Assembly: GCA_934178475.1 (NCBI GenBank)
Contig: CAKPQH010000001.1
Coordinates: forward strand, 190,902-254,901
From: an uncultured Clostridia bacterium
GTDB lineage: Bacteria > Bacillota > Clostridia > TANB77 > CAG-508
DNA length: 64,000 bases
Reading direction: 5' to 3'
The notes beneath the pieces are model-generated. The model had not been told where the DNA came from and did not search any database. It worked only from the letters and a program-made list of their open reading frames with translations. The translations under genes were made by a program, and so were the position numbers. Of the stretch, positions 19,451 to 30,374 are shown one piece after another (the first letter of the stretch is position 1; each line of letters begins with the position of its first letter).

Positions 19451-19978
19451 TTACGACAAAAACTGCCAAATTATGACAGACATTAGCATTCCAGCAAAAC
19501 TCGCAATAAGAGAAACCCATAAAACAAACCTACTCTTTTTTATTCCAACTGAACTTGTATATACTGCAATTGTGTATAACACCGTTTCTGTAGCTCCCAT
19601 AATTGTTGAAATAATTAGGCCGATTTTTGTATCAACTCCTTCTTTTCTCATAAGTTCGGTGGCTATAGCTATAGATCCACTTCCAGAAATCGGTCTTAAA
19701 ATAGCGACAGGCATTATTTCTGTAGGAATATTAAAAAAACTTAACACAGGAAAAATTAATTTAGTTACAAAATCCAAAATACCCGATGAACTTAAAAGTT
19801 CAATTGCTAAAAATAAACCTATTAATGTAGGAAAAATATTAATTACAATTTTTAATCCCTCTTTTGCCCCATTTATAAATATATCAAAAATATCCAATTT
19901 ACTAATTACTCCATAAGAAATTATAATAAATATACTTATTGGAACTGCAATATTAGAAATATAATTTATAATATTCAT
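19451..19978 (-). CDS. spmB: spore maturation protein B
   Basis: 175-aa polytopic nucleoside-recognition-domain membrane protein. Overlaps the spmA stop by 4 nt. Confidence 0.8.
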   Translation of the reverse strand: MNIINYISNIAVPISIFIIISYGVISKLDIFDIFINGAKEGLKIVINIFPTLIGLFLAIELLSSSGILDFVTKLIFPVLSFFNIPTEIMPVAILRPISGSGSIAIATELMRKEGVDTKIGLIISTIMGATETVLYTIAVYTSSVGIKKSRFVLWVSLIASFAGMLMSVIIWQFLS

Positions 19979-20559
19979 TTTTTCCTCTCAATCTTCAAAC
20001 ATAATTTAGTCAAAAAAATTCCCACAATAGATGCACAAATACTTGATACCCACACAGAAAAAATAATTTTAGTTGGATTTATGCTACCTAAAGACATTCT
20101 GATTGATATTATAGTAGTAGGAATTATTTGTATGGACAATGTATTAAGAACGATAAACATTGTCATATCATCTGTTAATTCGCTTTTATTTATATTTTTC
20201 TCTTGCATACTATTCATAACCTTCAAACCTAACGGAGTAGCAGCATTTCCTAATCCTAACATATTTGCTATTATATTCATTGAAATTGCCTGTTTTGTTT
20301 TTCTATCCTCTTTAGAATTCGGAAACAAAAAATTTATAACAGGTGTTAAAATTTTTATTAATCTATCAACAATTCTTGTATTAGAAGCAATCTCTATTAT
20401 TCCATTCCATAAGCAAATTGTCCCCAGTAATATTATTGTTAATTCTACAGCATCTTTTGAAGAATTAAAAATAGTTTCATTTAAAGTAACTATATTTCCC
20501 GTAAAAACACCATAAAAAATTGATATTATTATTAATATTGGCCATATTTTATTTAACAT
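19975..20559 (-). CDS. spmA: spore maturation protein A
   Basis: 194-aa polytopic membrane protein with NIIANMLGLGNAATPLGL motif; spmAB pair. Confidence 0.8.
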   Translation of the reverse strand: MLNKIWPILIIISIFYGVFTGNIVTLNETIFNSSKDAVELTIILLGTICLWNGIIEIASNTRIVDRLIKILTPVINFLFPNSKEDRKTKQAISMNIIANMLGLGNAATPLGLKVMNSMQEKNINKSELTDDMTMFIVLNTLSIQIIPTTIISIRMSLGSINPTKIIFSVWVSSICASIVGIFLTKLCLKIERKK

Positions 20560-20789
20560 ATTACTTCCTCCATTATAAAACTATTCAAAAAAAAATAAAA
20601 AATGTTACACAAACATTATTTTCTAATAAATATAATTAATATATTATTATTTTAATTATACTTTTTATTATAATAAAAAATAACAAAAAATCAGAAAAAT
20701 CCACAAAATATGTTGACCGAAAAAATAAAATATGCTATATTAAAGGTGAATTTGAACGGTATTATATTACCCCTAAGGAGGAATACTTT

Positions 20790-21056
20790 ATGAAATCTAC
20801 AGGTATGGTTAGACATGTGGACGAACTAGGAAGAGTAGTAATCCCTAAAGAAATCCGCAATAAATTGGATATTAAAGAAAAAGACCCTCTTGAAATATAT
20901 GTAGAAGGTTATGCTGTAATATTAAAAAAGTTTGAGTCAAATTGTATTTTCTGCGGAAATGATAAAAATTTATTTGATTATAAAGATAAATTAATTTGTA
21001 ATAAATGTTTAAATAATATTGCATCTTTGAACTTTAATTCGATTGAAAAAAAATAA
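20790..21056 (+). CDS. abrB: AbrB-family transition-state regulator with a C-terminal CxxC...CxxC module
   Basis: MKSTGMVRHVDELGRVVIPKEIRNKLDIKEKDPLEIYV matches the AbrB N-domain. The position next to rsmI mirrors B. subtilis yabC-abrB. The C-terminus is CIFCGN...CNKC. Confidence 0.85.
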   Translation: MKSTGMVRHVDELGRVVIPKEIRNKLDIKEKDPLEIYVEGYAVILKKFESNCIFCGNDKNLFDYKDKLICNKCLNNIASLNFNSIEKK

Positions 21057-21085
21057 AGATTTTAAAATTTCTTTTTAAAATCTTT
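21055..21085 (+). terminator. hairpin terminator after abrB
   Basis: AAAGATTTTAAAA-tttct-TTTTAAAATCTTT followed by a T-run. Confidence 0.55.
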
Positions 21086-21125
21086 ATTTTTTATTTTATA
21101 ATATTAACACATATGTTTATTAAAA

Positions 21126-21156
21126 ATAATAAAATAAAATAAAATAAAATAAATTA
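21126..21156 (+). repeat. short (A/T)TAAA pentamer array
   Basis: (AAAAT)4 then AAATT; same motif family as 7396-7515 and 31361-31430. Confidence 0.8.
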
Positions 21157-21202
21157 AAAATATATTAATTTAAATTTTATAAAATATATTTAATAAACAT
21201 TT

Positions 21203-22027
21203 TTATTTATTATTAAAATACATATATATTTCATTTTTAGTCACATTTCTATCCTTAGCAATTTTTTTTATAATTTCTTTTTTTTCAAACTTTAAATTTT
21301 CATAATACTTATAATGTTCTTCCAAAGATAAATTATTCAAAATATTTTCTTTTTCTATTTTTTTACATCCTTCAATTAATATAATCATTTCCCCTTTTAA
21401 ATTATTACTTTTTTCAATTAACTTTTCAATATCATCTCTAATAAATTCTTCATGTATTTTTGTTAATTCTCTTGCTAATACAATCTTTCTATCATCAATA
21501 ATATCTTTTAAATCCATTAATGTATCTTTCAATTTGTGAGGAGCTTCATATATTATTAAAGTTCTAGTTTCATTTTTTATTTCATCTAATTTTTCCTTCC
21601 TCAATTTCTTATTTAAAGGTAAAAAACCAAAAAAAGAAAATTCTTTAGTATCTAATCCTGAAGCAATTAATGCATTTATTGCAGCACATGCTCCTGGTAT
21701 CGGTATTACCTCTATTTGGTTTTCTATTGCTTTTTTCACTACAACTTCACCTGGATCAGATATACCTGGAGTACCAGCATCACTAACAATTGCTATATTC
21801 TTCCCTTCTTTTAATTTTTCAATCAATCCATTTTGTTTTTCTTCTTCATTATGCCTATGATAACTAATTAAAGTTTTTTTAATTTCAAAATGATTTAATA
21901 ATTTCAATGTATTTCTTGTATCTTCTGCAGCAATTAAATCAACACTTTTCAAAATATTTAATGCTCTTAATGTAATATCTTCTAAATTTCCAATAGGTGT
22001 TGCAACCAAATATAATTTTCCATTCAT
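21203..22027 (-). CDS. rsmI: 16S rRNA (cytidine1402-2'-O)-methyltransferase
   Basis: 274 aa. LYLVATPIGNLEDITLRA N-terminus and DAGTPGISDPG motif (tetrapyrrole-methylase fold). Confidence 0.9.
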   Translation of the reverse strand: MNGKLYLVATPIGNLEDITLRALNILKSVDLIAAEDTRNTLKLLNHFEIKKTLISYHRHNEEEKQNGLIEKLKEGKNIAIVSDAGTPGISDPGEVVVKKAIENQIEVIPIPGACAAINALIASGLDTKEFSFFGFLPLNKKLRKEKLDEIKNETRTLIIYEAPHKLKDTLMDLKDIIDDRKIVLARELTKIHEEFIRDDIEKLIEKSNNLKGEMIILIEGCKKIEKENILNNLSLEEHYKYYENLKFEKKEIIKKIAKDRNVTKNEIYMYFNNK

Positions 22028-22646
22028 ATATTTACCTCCCCACTCTTATTATTCAAATATATTTTTTTCAGGTTAAATAAATTCAAATTATTTTATTTAT
22101 CTATATTTACATATAAAATACTATTTTTTATTAATTTTATATTTTTTTATCTAATTTATTCTTTTTTTCTTAATAATTTTATTTTTATATTTCATAAATA
22201 ATATTAAATAATATTTATTTTACTCTAAATAAATACTATTTTATTAAATTTATTTTTTAAATATCAATATTAAAATAAAACTTTATTAGAATTTTGATAT
22301 AATAATACCATATATAATATATATTTATTCAAATTGATTTTTTTATATTTTTTTTAATTCATTAATTATTATTTATAATATATTTCTTTTCATTTTCTTT
22401 TAATTTCTTTATTAATATTTTTTTATCATCATTTTTCAAAAAATAAAAATATTTATATAATTAATAAAAATAAAATATTAATAAATACTCAAATTTGTTT
22501 ATTTTTTTCAAAATACATTAAATTTATTTTTTTATAATTATTTAACTTAATTTAATAAACTATATATTTTTTTTCTTCATTTTTCTCATTGTATATTTTT
22601 TATTCTTTTTATTAAATAATATAATTTATTAAAATTTATACTTTAA

Positions 22647-23390
22647 TTATTTTTTATTATAAATCTTTAATATTTCATCTGTATAACTTCCATCTTTTTT
22701 ATATACTATTAAATCCTTTTCAACTTCTAAAAATGGTTTTCCATTTTTAACACCTTTTATTAAAACTAAATTTGGTTTTTTATTTTCATTTGGAGAAATC
22801 ATTTTAATTTTTTTTGGTTCAATTTTTTCTTTTCTCATGATATTAAATATATCCACTAATCTATTTGGTCTATTAACCATGTAAAATTCGCCATAATCTT
22901 TCAGTAAATATGAACTAATTGAAATGAACTCTTCCAAAGAAGCTGTTATCTCATTTTTGGATATGTTTTTTCTTTCTTCATTATTACTAATTCCTGTATC
23001 CATCTTTTTATATGGTGGATTTGTAACTATTACATCAAAACTTTTTCTATCATAAAAATCTTTTAATTCTAATATATCAATATTTTGTATTTTCACTTTA
23101 TCTTCTAATTTATTTAATTCAACACTTCTACTTGCCATATCAGCAACATCTTTTTGAATTTCTATCCCAGTAAATATACAATTATTTGTTTTTCCCGAAA
23201 GAAGTATTGGTAAAATTCCAGCTCCTGTACCTAAATCAATAATATTAGAGTTATTTTTTATTTCTTTTGCAAAATCAGAAAGCAATACTGCATCCATTCC
23301 AAAACAAAATCCATTTTTATTTTGTATAATTTTTAACCCTTTAAATTCTAAATCATCAATTCTTTCATTTTCTTTTAGTTCTATATCCAT
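22647..23390 (-). CDS. SAM-dependent methyltransferase, YabB/TrmN6-like (tRNA adenine-N6)
   Basis: DLGTGAGILP SAM loop and the NPPY motif (VTNPPYKK). Synteny with rsmI and abrB as in B. subtilis yabB. Confidence 0.8.
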   Translation of the reverse strand: MDIELKENERIDDLEFKGLKIIQNKNGFCFGMDAVLLSDFAKEIKNNSNIIDLGTGAGILPILLSGKTNNCIFTGIEIQKDVADMASRSVELNKLEDKVKIQNIDILELKDFYDRKSFDVIVTNPPYKKMDTGISNNEERKNISKNEITASLEEFISISSYLLKDYGEFYMVNRPNRLVDIFNIMRKEKIEPKKIKMISPNENKKPNLVLIKGVKNGKPFLEVEKDLIVYKKDGSYTDEILKIYNKK

Positions 23391-23525
23391 ATTTCTCCCT
23401 AACTTATTATTATCAATTCTTTTTTATAATTTTACTTTCCTATTTAAAAATTCTCACTTTAAATAGCAACACCTCATATATTATACTATATATACACAAT
23501 TTTTTCAAATATGGAGAATCTCGCT

Positions 23526-23714
23526 ATGAATAATCTTATATATTCTAATAATAGCACTAATGAAAAAAGAGGTAATCCACCTCCCAAAAAACATAAACTT
23601 AAATTTAAAGATTACAAAAAAAATACTCAAAAATCATTAAATGAGGTCGAATGTTTCTTAAATAATTTTCACTCTTTTACAAACTATATAAAATTATATA
23701 AAATTTTAAAATAA
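23526..23714 (+). CDS. hypothetical small basic protein
   Basis: 62 aa from the ATG at 23526 (GGAGA 9 nt upstream). No recognisable domain. Confidence 0.35.
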   Translation: MNNLIYSNNSTNEKRGNPPPKKHKLKFKDYKKNTQKSLNEVECFLNNFHSFTNYIKLYKILK

Positions 23715-23771
23715 AGTTCTAAAAAGGACATACTAAAAATAATAATTAAAAAAACGTTTTAGGAGGATATC

Positions 23772-24308
23772 ATGAAAAAAAATAAAACATTTTTAATTAT
23801 TATTTTTATTTTAATCATTTTTATAATTTCAGGTTATTTTATTAGTAAAAATAAAAAAATTAATACTAATAGTAATTTAGAAAATGACTATACACCTGAA
23901 GAAGAAATAAGTGAAGAACAAATGCGAAATACTATTGTTTCTTTATACTTTCTAGACTCTGCTAACAATTGTTTAAAAACTGAAGGAAGATTAATAGACA
24001 GTGCTAGTTTATTAACTAACCCTTATCAAACTCTAGTTAATCTTCTTATAGAAGGTCCCAAAAATTCAGATTTAACTAAACTGATTCCTGACAATACTAC
24101 ACTTATAAATGCATCCATAGATCACTCAAACGTAATACTAAATTTTTCATCTGAAATTTTAAATTTCGCAGATGAAACTCAAAAATACAATATAATAAAT
24201 AGTATTTTAAATACACTTTCTCAACTTAATGAAGTAAACTCATTTAACATACTTATTAATAACGAAGTTTCCGAACAATATCCTGATACATATTCTGTAA
24301 TTCATTAA
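23772..24308 (+). CDS. GerMN-domain (sporulation/germination) lipoprotein-like protein
   Basis: AGGAGG RBS and N-terminal TM helix. VSLYFLDSANNCLKTEGRLI...LIEGPKNSDLTKLIP fits the GerM N-domain pattern. Confidence 0.7.
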   Translation: MKKNKTFLIIIFILIIFIISGYFISKNKKINTNSNLENDYTPEEEISEEQMRNTIVSLYFLDSANNCLKTEGRLIDSASLLTNPYQTLVNLLIEGPKNSDLTKLIPDNTTLINASIDHSNVILNFSSEILNFADETQKYNIINSILNTLSQLNEVNSFNILINNEVSEQYPDTYSVIH

Positions 24309-24428
24309 ATTTTAACTGACCATTTTTACAATTATTTCAAGTCGATTTTTGTTGACAAACACAATAAAATATTATAAATTAATAATTAGAAAATTAAATA
24401 TTTAAAATAAATAAAATAGAGGTAATAT

Positions 24429-25958
24429 ATGATTATAGAAGAAGAAAAAATAGCTAACTCAACCACTACTCCTGAAGCTTTATCTATTAATGATAATTCA
24501 ACTTCTAAAAAACATGTATTAATTTTATTATCTATTTTTATTGGTAGTTTTTTATTAATATTAATTTTAGTATTTGCTATATTTACAATATACAATTATA
24601 AACAAAGTAATGTTATTACTAAGGGAATCTACATTAGCGGAATTGATGTATCAAACTTAAGTATAGAAAAAGCTAAAGAAAAAATATCAAAATATTATAA
24701 AGACAATATATTAAATAATGATATAAAATTAACTCATGGAGACTATGAAACTTACATAAATACCGATGAAATTGAATTATCTTATGATATAAATTCAGCT
24801 GTAAATTATGCTTATCAAATTGGTAAAAATGGCAATATTATTTGGGATAATTACTCTATATTTAATACTTTATTAAATAATATTAACATCATGCCAACAT
24901 ATACTTTAAACGAAAATAATCTTAATAAATTTTTAAATAATATATCTACTGAAATTCCTGATGCCGTAATAGAAAGTAGTCATTACATAGATAATAATAA
25001 CTTAATTATCACAAAAGGATCTTCAGGTAATATAGTTGATGTAGAAAAAACAAAAGACTTAATTGAACATGAAATTTACTACATAAATTTCATTGGGAAT
25101 AGTATTGAAATAAAAACAACTCCAAAAGAACCTAAAGAAATAGATTTAAATGCCATTCATTCTGAAATATATAAAGAACCAAAAGATGCATATTATACAA
25201 CAAATCCTTATTCTGTATATCCTTCAGAAAATGGATTAGATTTTAAAATATCTTTAGAAGAAGCGCAAAATTTATTAGCATCTTCTGAAAGTGAATGCAC
25301 TATTCCTTTAAAAACACTAAAACCCAGCGTTACAACAAATATGATTGGAGTAGAAGCATTTCCAGATTTACTTGCAAGATTTTCAACAAAATATGCAGCA
25401 TCTAACAAAAATAGAACAACCAATCTTCGTATAGCAGCTAATAAAATAAATGGATATGTTTTACTTCCAAATGAAGTATTCTCATACAATAATGTAGTCG
25501 GTGAAAGAACGATCTCATCAGGATATAAAGAAGCTGCTGTATATGAAAATGGCGCTGTTGTTCAAGGTTTAGGAGGAGGCATCTGTCAAATATCAACAAC
25601 ATTATTTAACTGTTCTCTTCTTGCAAACTTAGAAATTGTTGAACTTTATAACCACCAATTTGTTCCATCATATGTAAAAGCAGGACGAGATGCTACAGTA
25701 GTTTATGGAATGAAAGATTTCAAATTCAAAAACAGTAGAAATCACGCTATAAAAATCACATGTTCCGTAGAAAATGGAACTGCAACATTTAATATATATG
25801 GCGTAAAAGAACAAAACGAATATGATGTCAGTATAAATGCATATGTTACAAGTCAAAATGCAAAATATATAAAATCTTCAACATATAGAATATTAAAATC
25901 AAATGGACAAATAATAAAAAATGAATTTATATCTAACTATACATATAAAACACATTAA
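24429..25958 (+). CDS. VanW-family protein
   Basis: 509 aa with an N-terminal TM helix. The C-terminal VanW core contains GGGICQISTTLFN. Confidence 0.8.
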   Translation: MIIEEEKIANSTTTPEALSINDNSTSKKHVLILLSIFIGSFLLILILVFAIFTIYNYKQSNVITKGIYISGIDVSNLSIEKAKEKISKYYKDNILNNDIKLTHGDYETYINTDEIELSYDINSAVNYAYQIGKNGNIIWDNYSIFNTLLNNINIMPTYTLNENNLNKFLNNISTEIPDAVIESSHYIDNNNLIITKGSSGNIVDVEKTKDLIEHEIYYINFIGNSIEIKTTPKEPKEIDLNAIHSEIYKEPKDAYYTTNPYSVYPSENGLDFKISLEEAQNLLASSESECTIPLKTLKPSVTTNMIGVEAFPDLLARFSTKYAASNKNRTTNLRIAANKINGYVLLPNEVFSYNNVVGERTISSGYKEAAVYENGAVVQGLGGGICQISTTLFNCSLLANLEIVELYNHQFVPSYVKAGRDATVVYGMKDFKFKNSRNHAIKITCSVENGTATFNIYGVKEQNEYDVSINAYVTSQNAKYIKSSTYRILKSNGQIIKNEFISNYTYKTH

Positions 25959-26117
25959 AGTATTAAATTAGTAATTCTAATTTAGTGCTTTTTTATTATA
26001 TTTCCACACATTATATTCCAATTTTTTCCATTTGACAAAAATCCCATTTTAATATAGAATTATAAAATTAAGGGAATGTTTTTTATAATATCTTTAAACA
26101 TTTAAAGGAGTATGAAT

Positions 26118-29100
26118 ATGGAAAAAGAAATTTTACACGTAGGACTTGATGTAGGCTCTACAACAGTAAAAATAATTGTTATGAATGAATCTCAAGAAAC
26201 TATATATAAAAATTATAGACGACATTTTTCTGATACCAAAAATACTGTATGTGAAGTATTATCAGAATTAAACAATATGTATCCAAATAAAAACTTTACG
26301 CTAGCGTTAACTGGTTCAGGTGCTATGTCTGCTTCTAAGTTTTTAAATGTAAACTTTATCCAAGAAGTTGTTTCTTGTAAAAGAGCTGTTGAAAAATATA
26401 TTCCTGAAACCGATGTTGTTATAGAGCTTGGTGGAGAAGATGCAAAAATAATATATTTTGATAAATCTATTGAACAACGTATGAATGGAACATGCGCAGG
26501 TGGTACAGGTGCATTTATTGATCAAATGGCATCTCTTTTACACACAGACAATAACGGACTAAATGAACTTGCCAAAAATTACCAAACTATTTATCCAATA
26601 GCTTCTCGTTGTGGTGTTTTTGCAAAAACAGATATACAACCATTAATAAATGAAGGAGCTGCTAAAGAAGACATCGCAGCATCAATTTTTCAAGCAGTTG
26701 TAAATCAAACTATAAGCGGTCTTGCTTGCGGAAGACCTATTAGAGGAAAAGTTGCATTTCTAGGTGGACCTTTAACATACTTATCAGAATTAAGAAATAG
26801 ATTTATTCAAACATTAAATTTAACAAGTAATGAAATAATAATTCCAGAAGAAGCTCATCTTTTAGTTGCTAAAGGGGCGGCTCTTGATTCCCTAAGTGAA
26901 ACTCCTTTTTCAAATAAAGAATTAGAAGAAAAAATACATAATTTAAAAATATCACAAGATAACACAACAAATCCAATAGAACCATTATTTAAAGATGAAA
27001 ACGAATATAAATCTTTTAGAGAAAGACATCAAAAAGATTGTGTTAAAAAAAATAAACTTGCTGGATACAAAGGCGATTGCTTTATAGGTATAGATGCAGG
27101 TTCAACAACAACAAAACTTGTTCTAATAGATAGAGATGGCGTTTTACTTTATTCATTATATGGTAATAATAACGGTAACCCTTTAAAAAGTGTTATTGAA
27201 ATGTTAGAAAATTTATATAGCGTTTTACCTGTTGATGCAAAAATTAGATTTAGTGGAATTACAGGATATGGTGAGAAATTAATACAAACTGCATTAAACA
27301 TTGACCTTGGAGAAATAGAAACAATCGCTCATTATACAGCAGCTAAAAAGTTTGAACCAAATGTCACTAGTATTGTTGATATTGGTGGACAAGACATGAA
27401 ATATATACGACTAAAAAACAATGCTATAGATAGCATCATGTTAAATGAAGCTTGTTCATCAGGTTGTGGTTCTTTCATTGAAACTTTTGCTAAAAGTTTA
27501 GGTCTTTCTATAGAAGAATTCGTTGAAAAAGCAATAAAATCTAAAAGACCTGTTGACTTAGGTTCAAGATGCACTGTATTTATGAATTCAAAAATAAAGC
27601 AAGCTCAAAAGGAAGGTTATACTGTAGGAGATATATCTAGTGGTCTTTCATATTCCGTTATAAAAAATGCTATTCAAAAGGTTATGAAAGTAAGAGATGT
27701 AGAAACATTAGGTAACAAAATAGTAGTACAAGGCGGTACTTTTTATAATGATGCCGTACTTCGTGCCTTTGAAAAAATTGTTGGTAAAAACGTTATACGT
27801 CCAGACATCGCTGGATTAATGGGAGCTTACGGAATAGCTTTACTTGCAAAAGAACAATTTGAAACTAATATGGATATGAATTATTATTCTACGATATCAA
27901 AAATAGACGAATTACATAATTTAAATATAAAAATAACACATGCTAGATGTAATAAATGTGAAAATCATTGCAATCTAACAATTAATAATTTTGGTGATGG
28001 TAAAAAATTCATATCTGGTAATAGATGCGAAAAAGGTGCTGGTATTACCTCTAAATCTAAAAATTTACCAAACTTAGTAAAATATAAATATGATAGAATT
28101 TTTAACTATACACCTATAGAAGAACAATACGCAACAAGAGGAACTATAGGAATTCCAAGAGTATTAAATATGTATGAAGATTATCCTTTCTGGTTTACTT
28201 TCCTAACTTCTCTAGGTTTTAGAGTCGTCATTTCAGATAAAAGCACAAGGAAAACATATGAAGATGGTATGGAATCAATGCCTTCAGAATCAGTATGTTA
28301 TCCTGCGAAATTATCACATGGACATATAATAAACTTATTAGCAAAAGGAATAACTACTATATTCTATCCTTGCATGCCATATTCTAGGAAAGAATTTGAA
28401 AAAGCAGATAATCATTATAACTGTCCTATAGTAATTTCTTATTCTGAAGTATTAAAAAACAATATAGAAGAATTAAAAAATAAAAATATTAAATTTATTA
28501 ATCCATTTTTACCTTTTGATGAAAAAAATCTTGTAAAAAAGATAATGGAATTAGATGAATTTAAAGAATATAATTTTACAAAACAAGAATTAAAAGAAGC
28601 TGCTAAAAAAGCTGAAGAAGAATATCAAAAATGCAAAAAAGATATTCACGAAAAAGGAAGAGATACTGTAAAATACATTGAAGAAAACAACTTAAAAGGA
28701 ATAGTTCTTGCAGGTAGACCTTACCATATAGATCCAGAAATAAACCATGGAATAGATACATTAATTAATTCATTAGGACTTTGTGTACTTACTGGAGATA
28801 GTATTGCACCTCTTTCTGAAGTAAAACGTCCATTAAGAGTAGTAGATCAATGGATGTTCCATTCAAGACTTTATGCTGCTGCTAATTTTGTTGGTCAACA
28901 TGATAATCTAGAATTAATCCAATTAAATTCTTTTGGTTGTGGTGTAGATGCAGTTACAACTGACCAAGTTGAAGAAATATTAGCAAGCTATGATAAAATG
29001 TATACATTGATAAAAATAGACGAAGTAAACAATCTTGGCGCTGTTAAAATACGTATACGTTCTCTTCTAGCAAGTATGAATAAACGTAAAATAGATAAAA

Positions 29101-30374
29101 ATGAACAACTAGGAAATTATGAAGTAAATAAAAAATTATTTACAAAACCGATGAGAAATAATTACACTATATTAATTCCTCAAATGATACCTGTTCACTT
29201 TGAACTATTAGAAAAAGCTATGCAACTTAGTGGATATAACGCTGTACTGCTTAGGGAATGTACAGATAAAACAGTTGAAACGGGACTAAAATATGTAAAT
29301 AATGATGCATGTTATCCATCTATATTAGTTACTGGTCAAATGATTGAAGCTCTTCAATCTGGAAAATATGATGTAAATAAAACTGCTTTAATTATGTCTC
29401 AAACAGGTGGTGGATGTAGAGCAACAAATTATATTGGGTTCATCCGAAAAGCTCTAAAAGATGCTGGATTTGAACAAGTTCCAATAATATCTTTTAATGT
29501 CGTTGGTATGGAGAAAATGTCTGGATTTAAATTAACACCAAAATTAATAGATAAACTAGTTAAAGCAGTCATATTAGGAGATTTATTACAAAAAGTATTG
29601 CATAAAAACAGAGCTTATGAAATTAATAAAGGTGAAACAGACAAACTTTATAATGAATGGCTTGAAAAATCAAAAAAGGTTCTTGAATCAAATTCAAATA
29701 AAGAATTTAAAAAAGCTATTTATGATATAGTAAATGATTTTGAGAAAATAAAACTTGACACATCAATTGAAAAACCTAAAGTAGGTATTGTAGGAGAAGT
29801 TTTAATTAAATATCACCCTTTTGGAAATAATTATGTAACAGATTTATTAGAAAAAGAAGGTGCAGAAGTAATTGTTCCTGATTTTATGGGATTTGTTAAA
29901 TTCATGGCAACACACAAAATAACTTTTAATGAATTACTAAATATAAACAAAAAATCAGCAAAAATAATGAAATTTGCATTAAGCTTAATTGATATAATGG
30001 AAAAAGACACAATAGCAGCACTAAAAAGTTCAAAAAAGAATTATTTATTACCATGCAACATATGGCACTTAGAATCACAAGTAAAAGATATTTTATCAAT
30101 TGGAAATCAAACTGGAGAAGGTTGGTTCCTAACAGCTGAAATGATAGAATATATTGAAAATGATATTCCAAATATAATATGTGTACAACCTTTTGCTTGT
30201 TTACCAAATCACGTTGTTGGAAAAGGTGTAATAAAAACAATTAGAGAAAAATATCCTGAAGCTAATATTACTCCTGTTGACTACGACCCTGGTGCAAGTG
30301 AAACAAATCAAACAAACAGAATTAAATTATTAATGACTGTTGCAAAAGATAATCTAAAAAATAAAAATAATTAA
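26118..30374 (+). CDS. acyl-CoA dehydratase activase-related giant fusion protein (two BadF/BcrA/HgdC-type ATPase modules plus dehydratase-like domains)
   Basis: Two repeats of the acetate/sugar-kinase ATPase signature (GLDVGSTTVKI and GIDAGSTTTKL). Around 1400 aa, typical of this clostridial family. The second ATG (26118) has correct RBS spacing. Confidence 0.8.
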   Translation: MEKEILHVGLDVGSTTVKIIVMNESQETIYKNYRRHFSDTKNTVCEVLSELNNMYPNKNFTLALTGSGAMSASKFLNVNFIQEVVSCKRAVEKYIPETDVVIELGGEDAKIIYFDKSIEQRMNGTCAGGTGAFIDQMASLLHTDNNGLNELAKNYQTIYPIASRCGVFAKTDIQPLINEGAAKEDIAASIFQAVVNQTISGLACGRPIRGKVAFLGGPLTYLSELRNRFIQTLNLTSNEIIIPEEAHLLVAKGAALDSLSETPFSNKELEEKIHNLKISQDNTTNPIEPLFKDENEYKSFRERHQKDCVKKNKLAGYKGDCFIGIDAGSTTTKLVLIDRDGVLLYSLYGNNNGNPLKSVIEMLENLYSVLPVDAKIRFSGITGYGEKLIQTALNIDLGEIETIAHYTAAKKFEPNVTSIVDIGGQDMKYIRLKNNAIDSIMLNEACSSGCGSFIETFAKSLGLSIEEFVEKAIKSKRPVDLGSRCTVFMNSKIKQAQKEGYTVGDISSGLSYSVIKNAIQKVMKVRDVETLGNKIVVQGGTFYNDAVLRAFEKIVGKNVIRPDIAGLMGAYGIALLAKEQFETNMDMNYYSTISKIDELHNLNIKITHARCNKCENHCNLTINNFGDGKKFISGNRCEKGAGITSKSKNLPNLVKYKYDRIFNYTPIEEQYATRGTIGIPRVLNMYEDYPFWFTFLTSLGFRVVISDKSTRKTYEDGMESMPSESVCYPAKLSHGHIINLLAKGITTIFYPCMPYSRKEFEKADNHYNCPIVISYSEVLKNNIEELKNKNIKFINPFLPFDEKNLVKKIMELDEFKEYNFTKQELKEAAKKAEEEYQKCKKDIHEKGRDTVKYIEENNLKGIVLAGRPYHIDPEINHGIDTLINSLGLCVLTGDSIAPLSEVKRPLRVVDQWMFHSRLYAAANFVGQHDNLELIQLNSFGCGVDAVTTDQVEEILASYDKMYTLIKIDEVNNLGAVKIRIRSLLASMNKRKIDKNEQLGNYEVNKKLFTKPMRNNYTILIPQMIPVHFELLEKAMQLSGYNAVLLRECTDKTVETGLKYVNNDACYPSILVTGQMIEALQSGKYDVNKTALIMSQTGGGCRATNYIGFIRKALKDAGFEQVPIISFNVVGMEKMSGFKLTPKLIDKLVKAVILGDLLQKVLHKNRAYEINKGETDKLYNEWLEKSKKVLESNSNKEFKKAIYDIVNDFEKIKLDTSIEKPKVGIVGEVLIKYHPFGNNYVTDLLEKEGAEVIVPDFMGFVKFMATHKITFNELLNINKKSAKIMKFALSLIDIMEKDTIAALKSSKKNYLLPCNIWHLESQVKDILSIGNQTGEGWFLTAEMIEYIENDIPNIICVQPFACLPNHVVGKGVIKTIREKYPEANITPVDYDPGASETNQTNRIKLLMTVAKDNLKNKNN

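Noticed and set aside
19473-20515. Two plus-strand ORFs (147 and 144 aa) inside spmB and spmA
   Set aside because: They are mirror-frame ORFs of hydrophobic membrane-protein genes, with no RBS. spmAB synteny and the 4-nt overlap support the minus strand.
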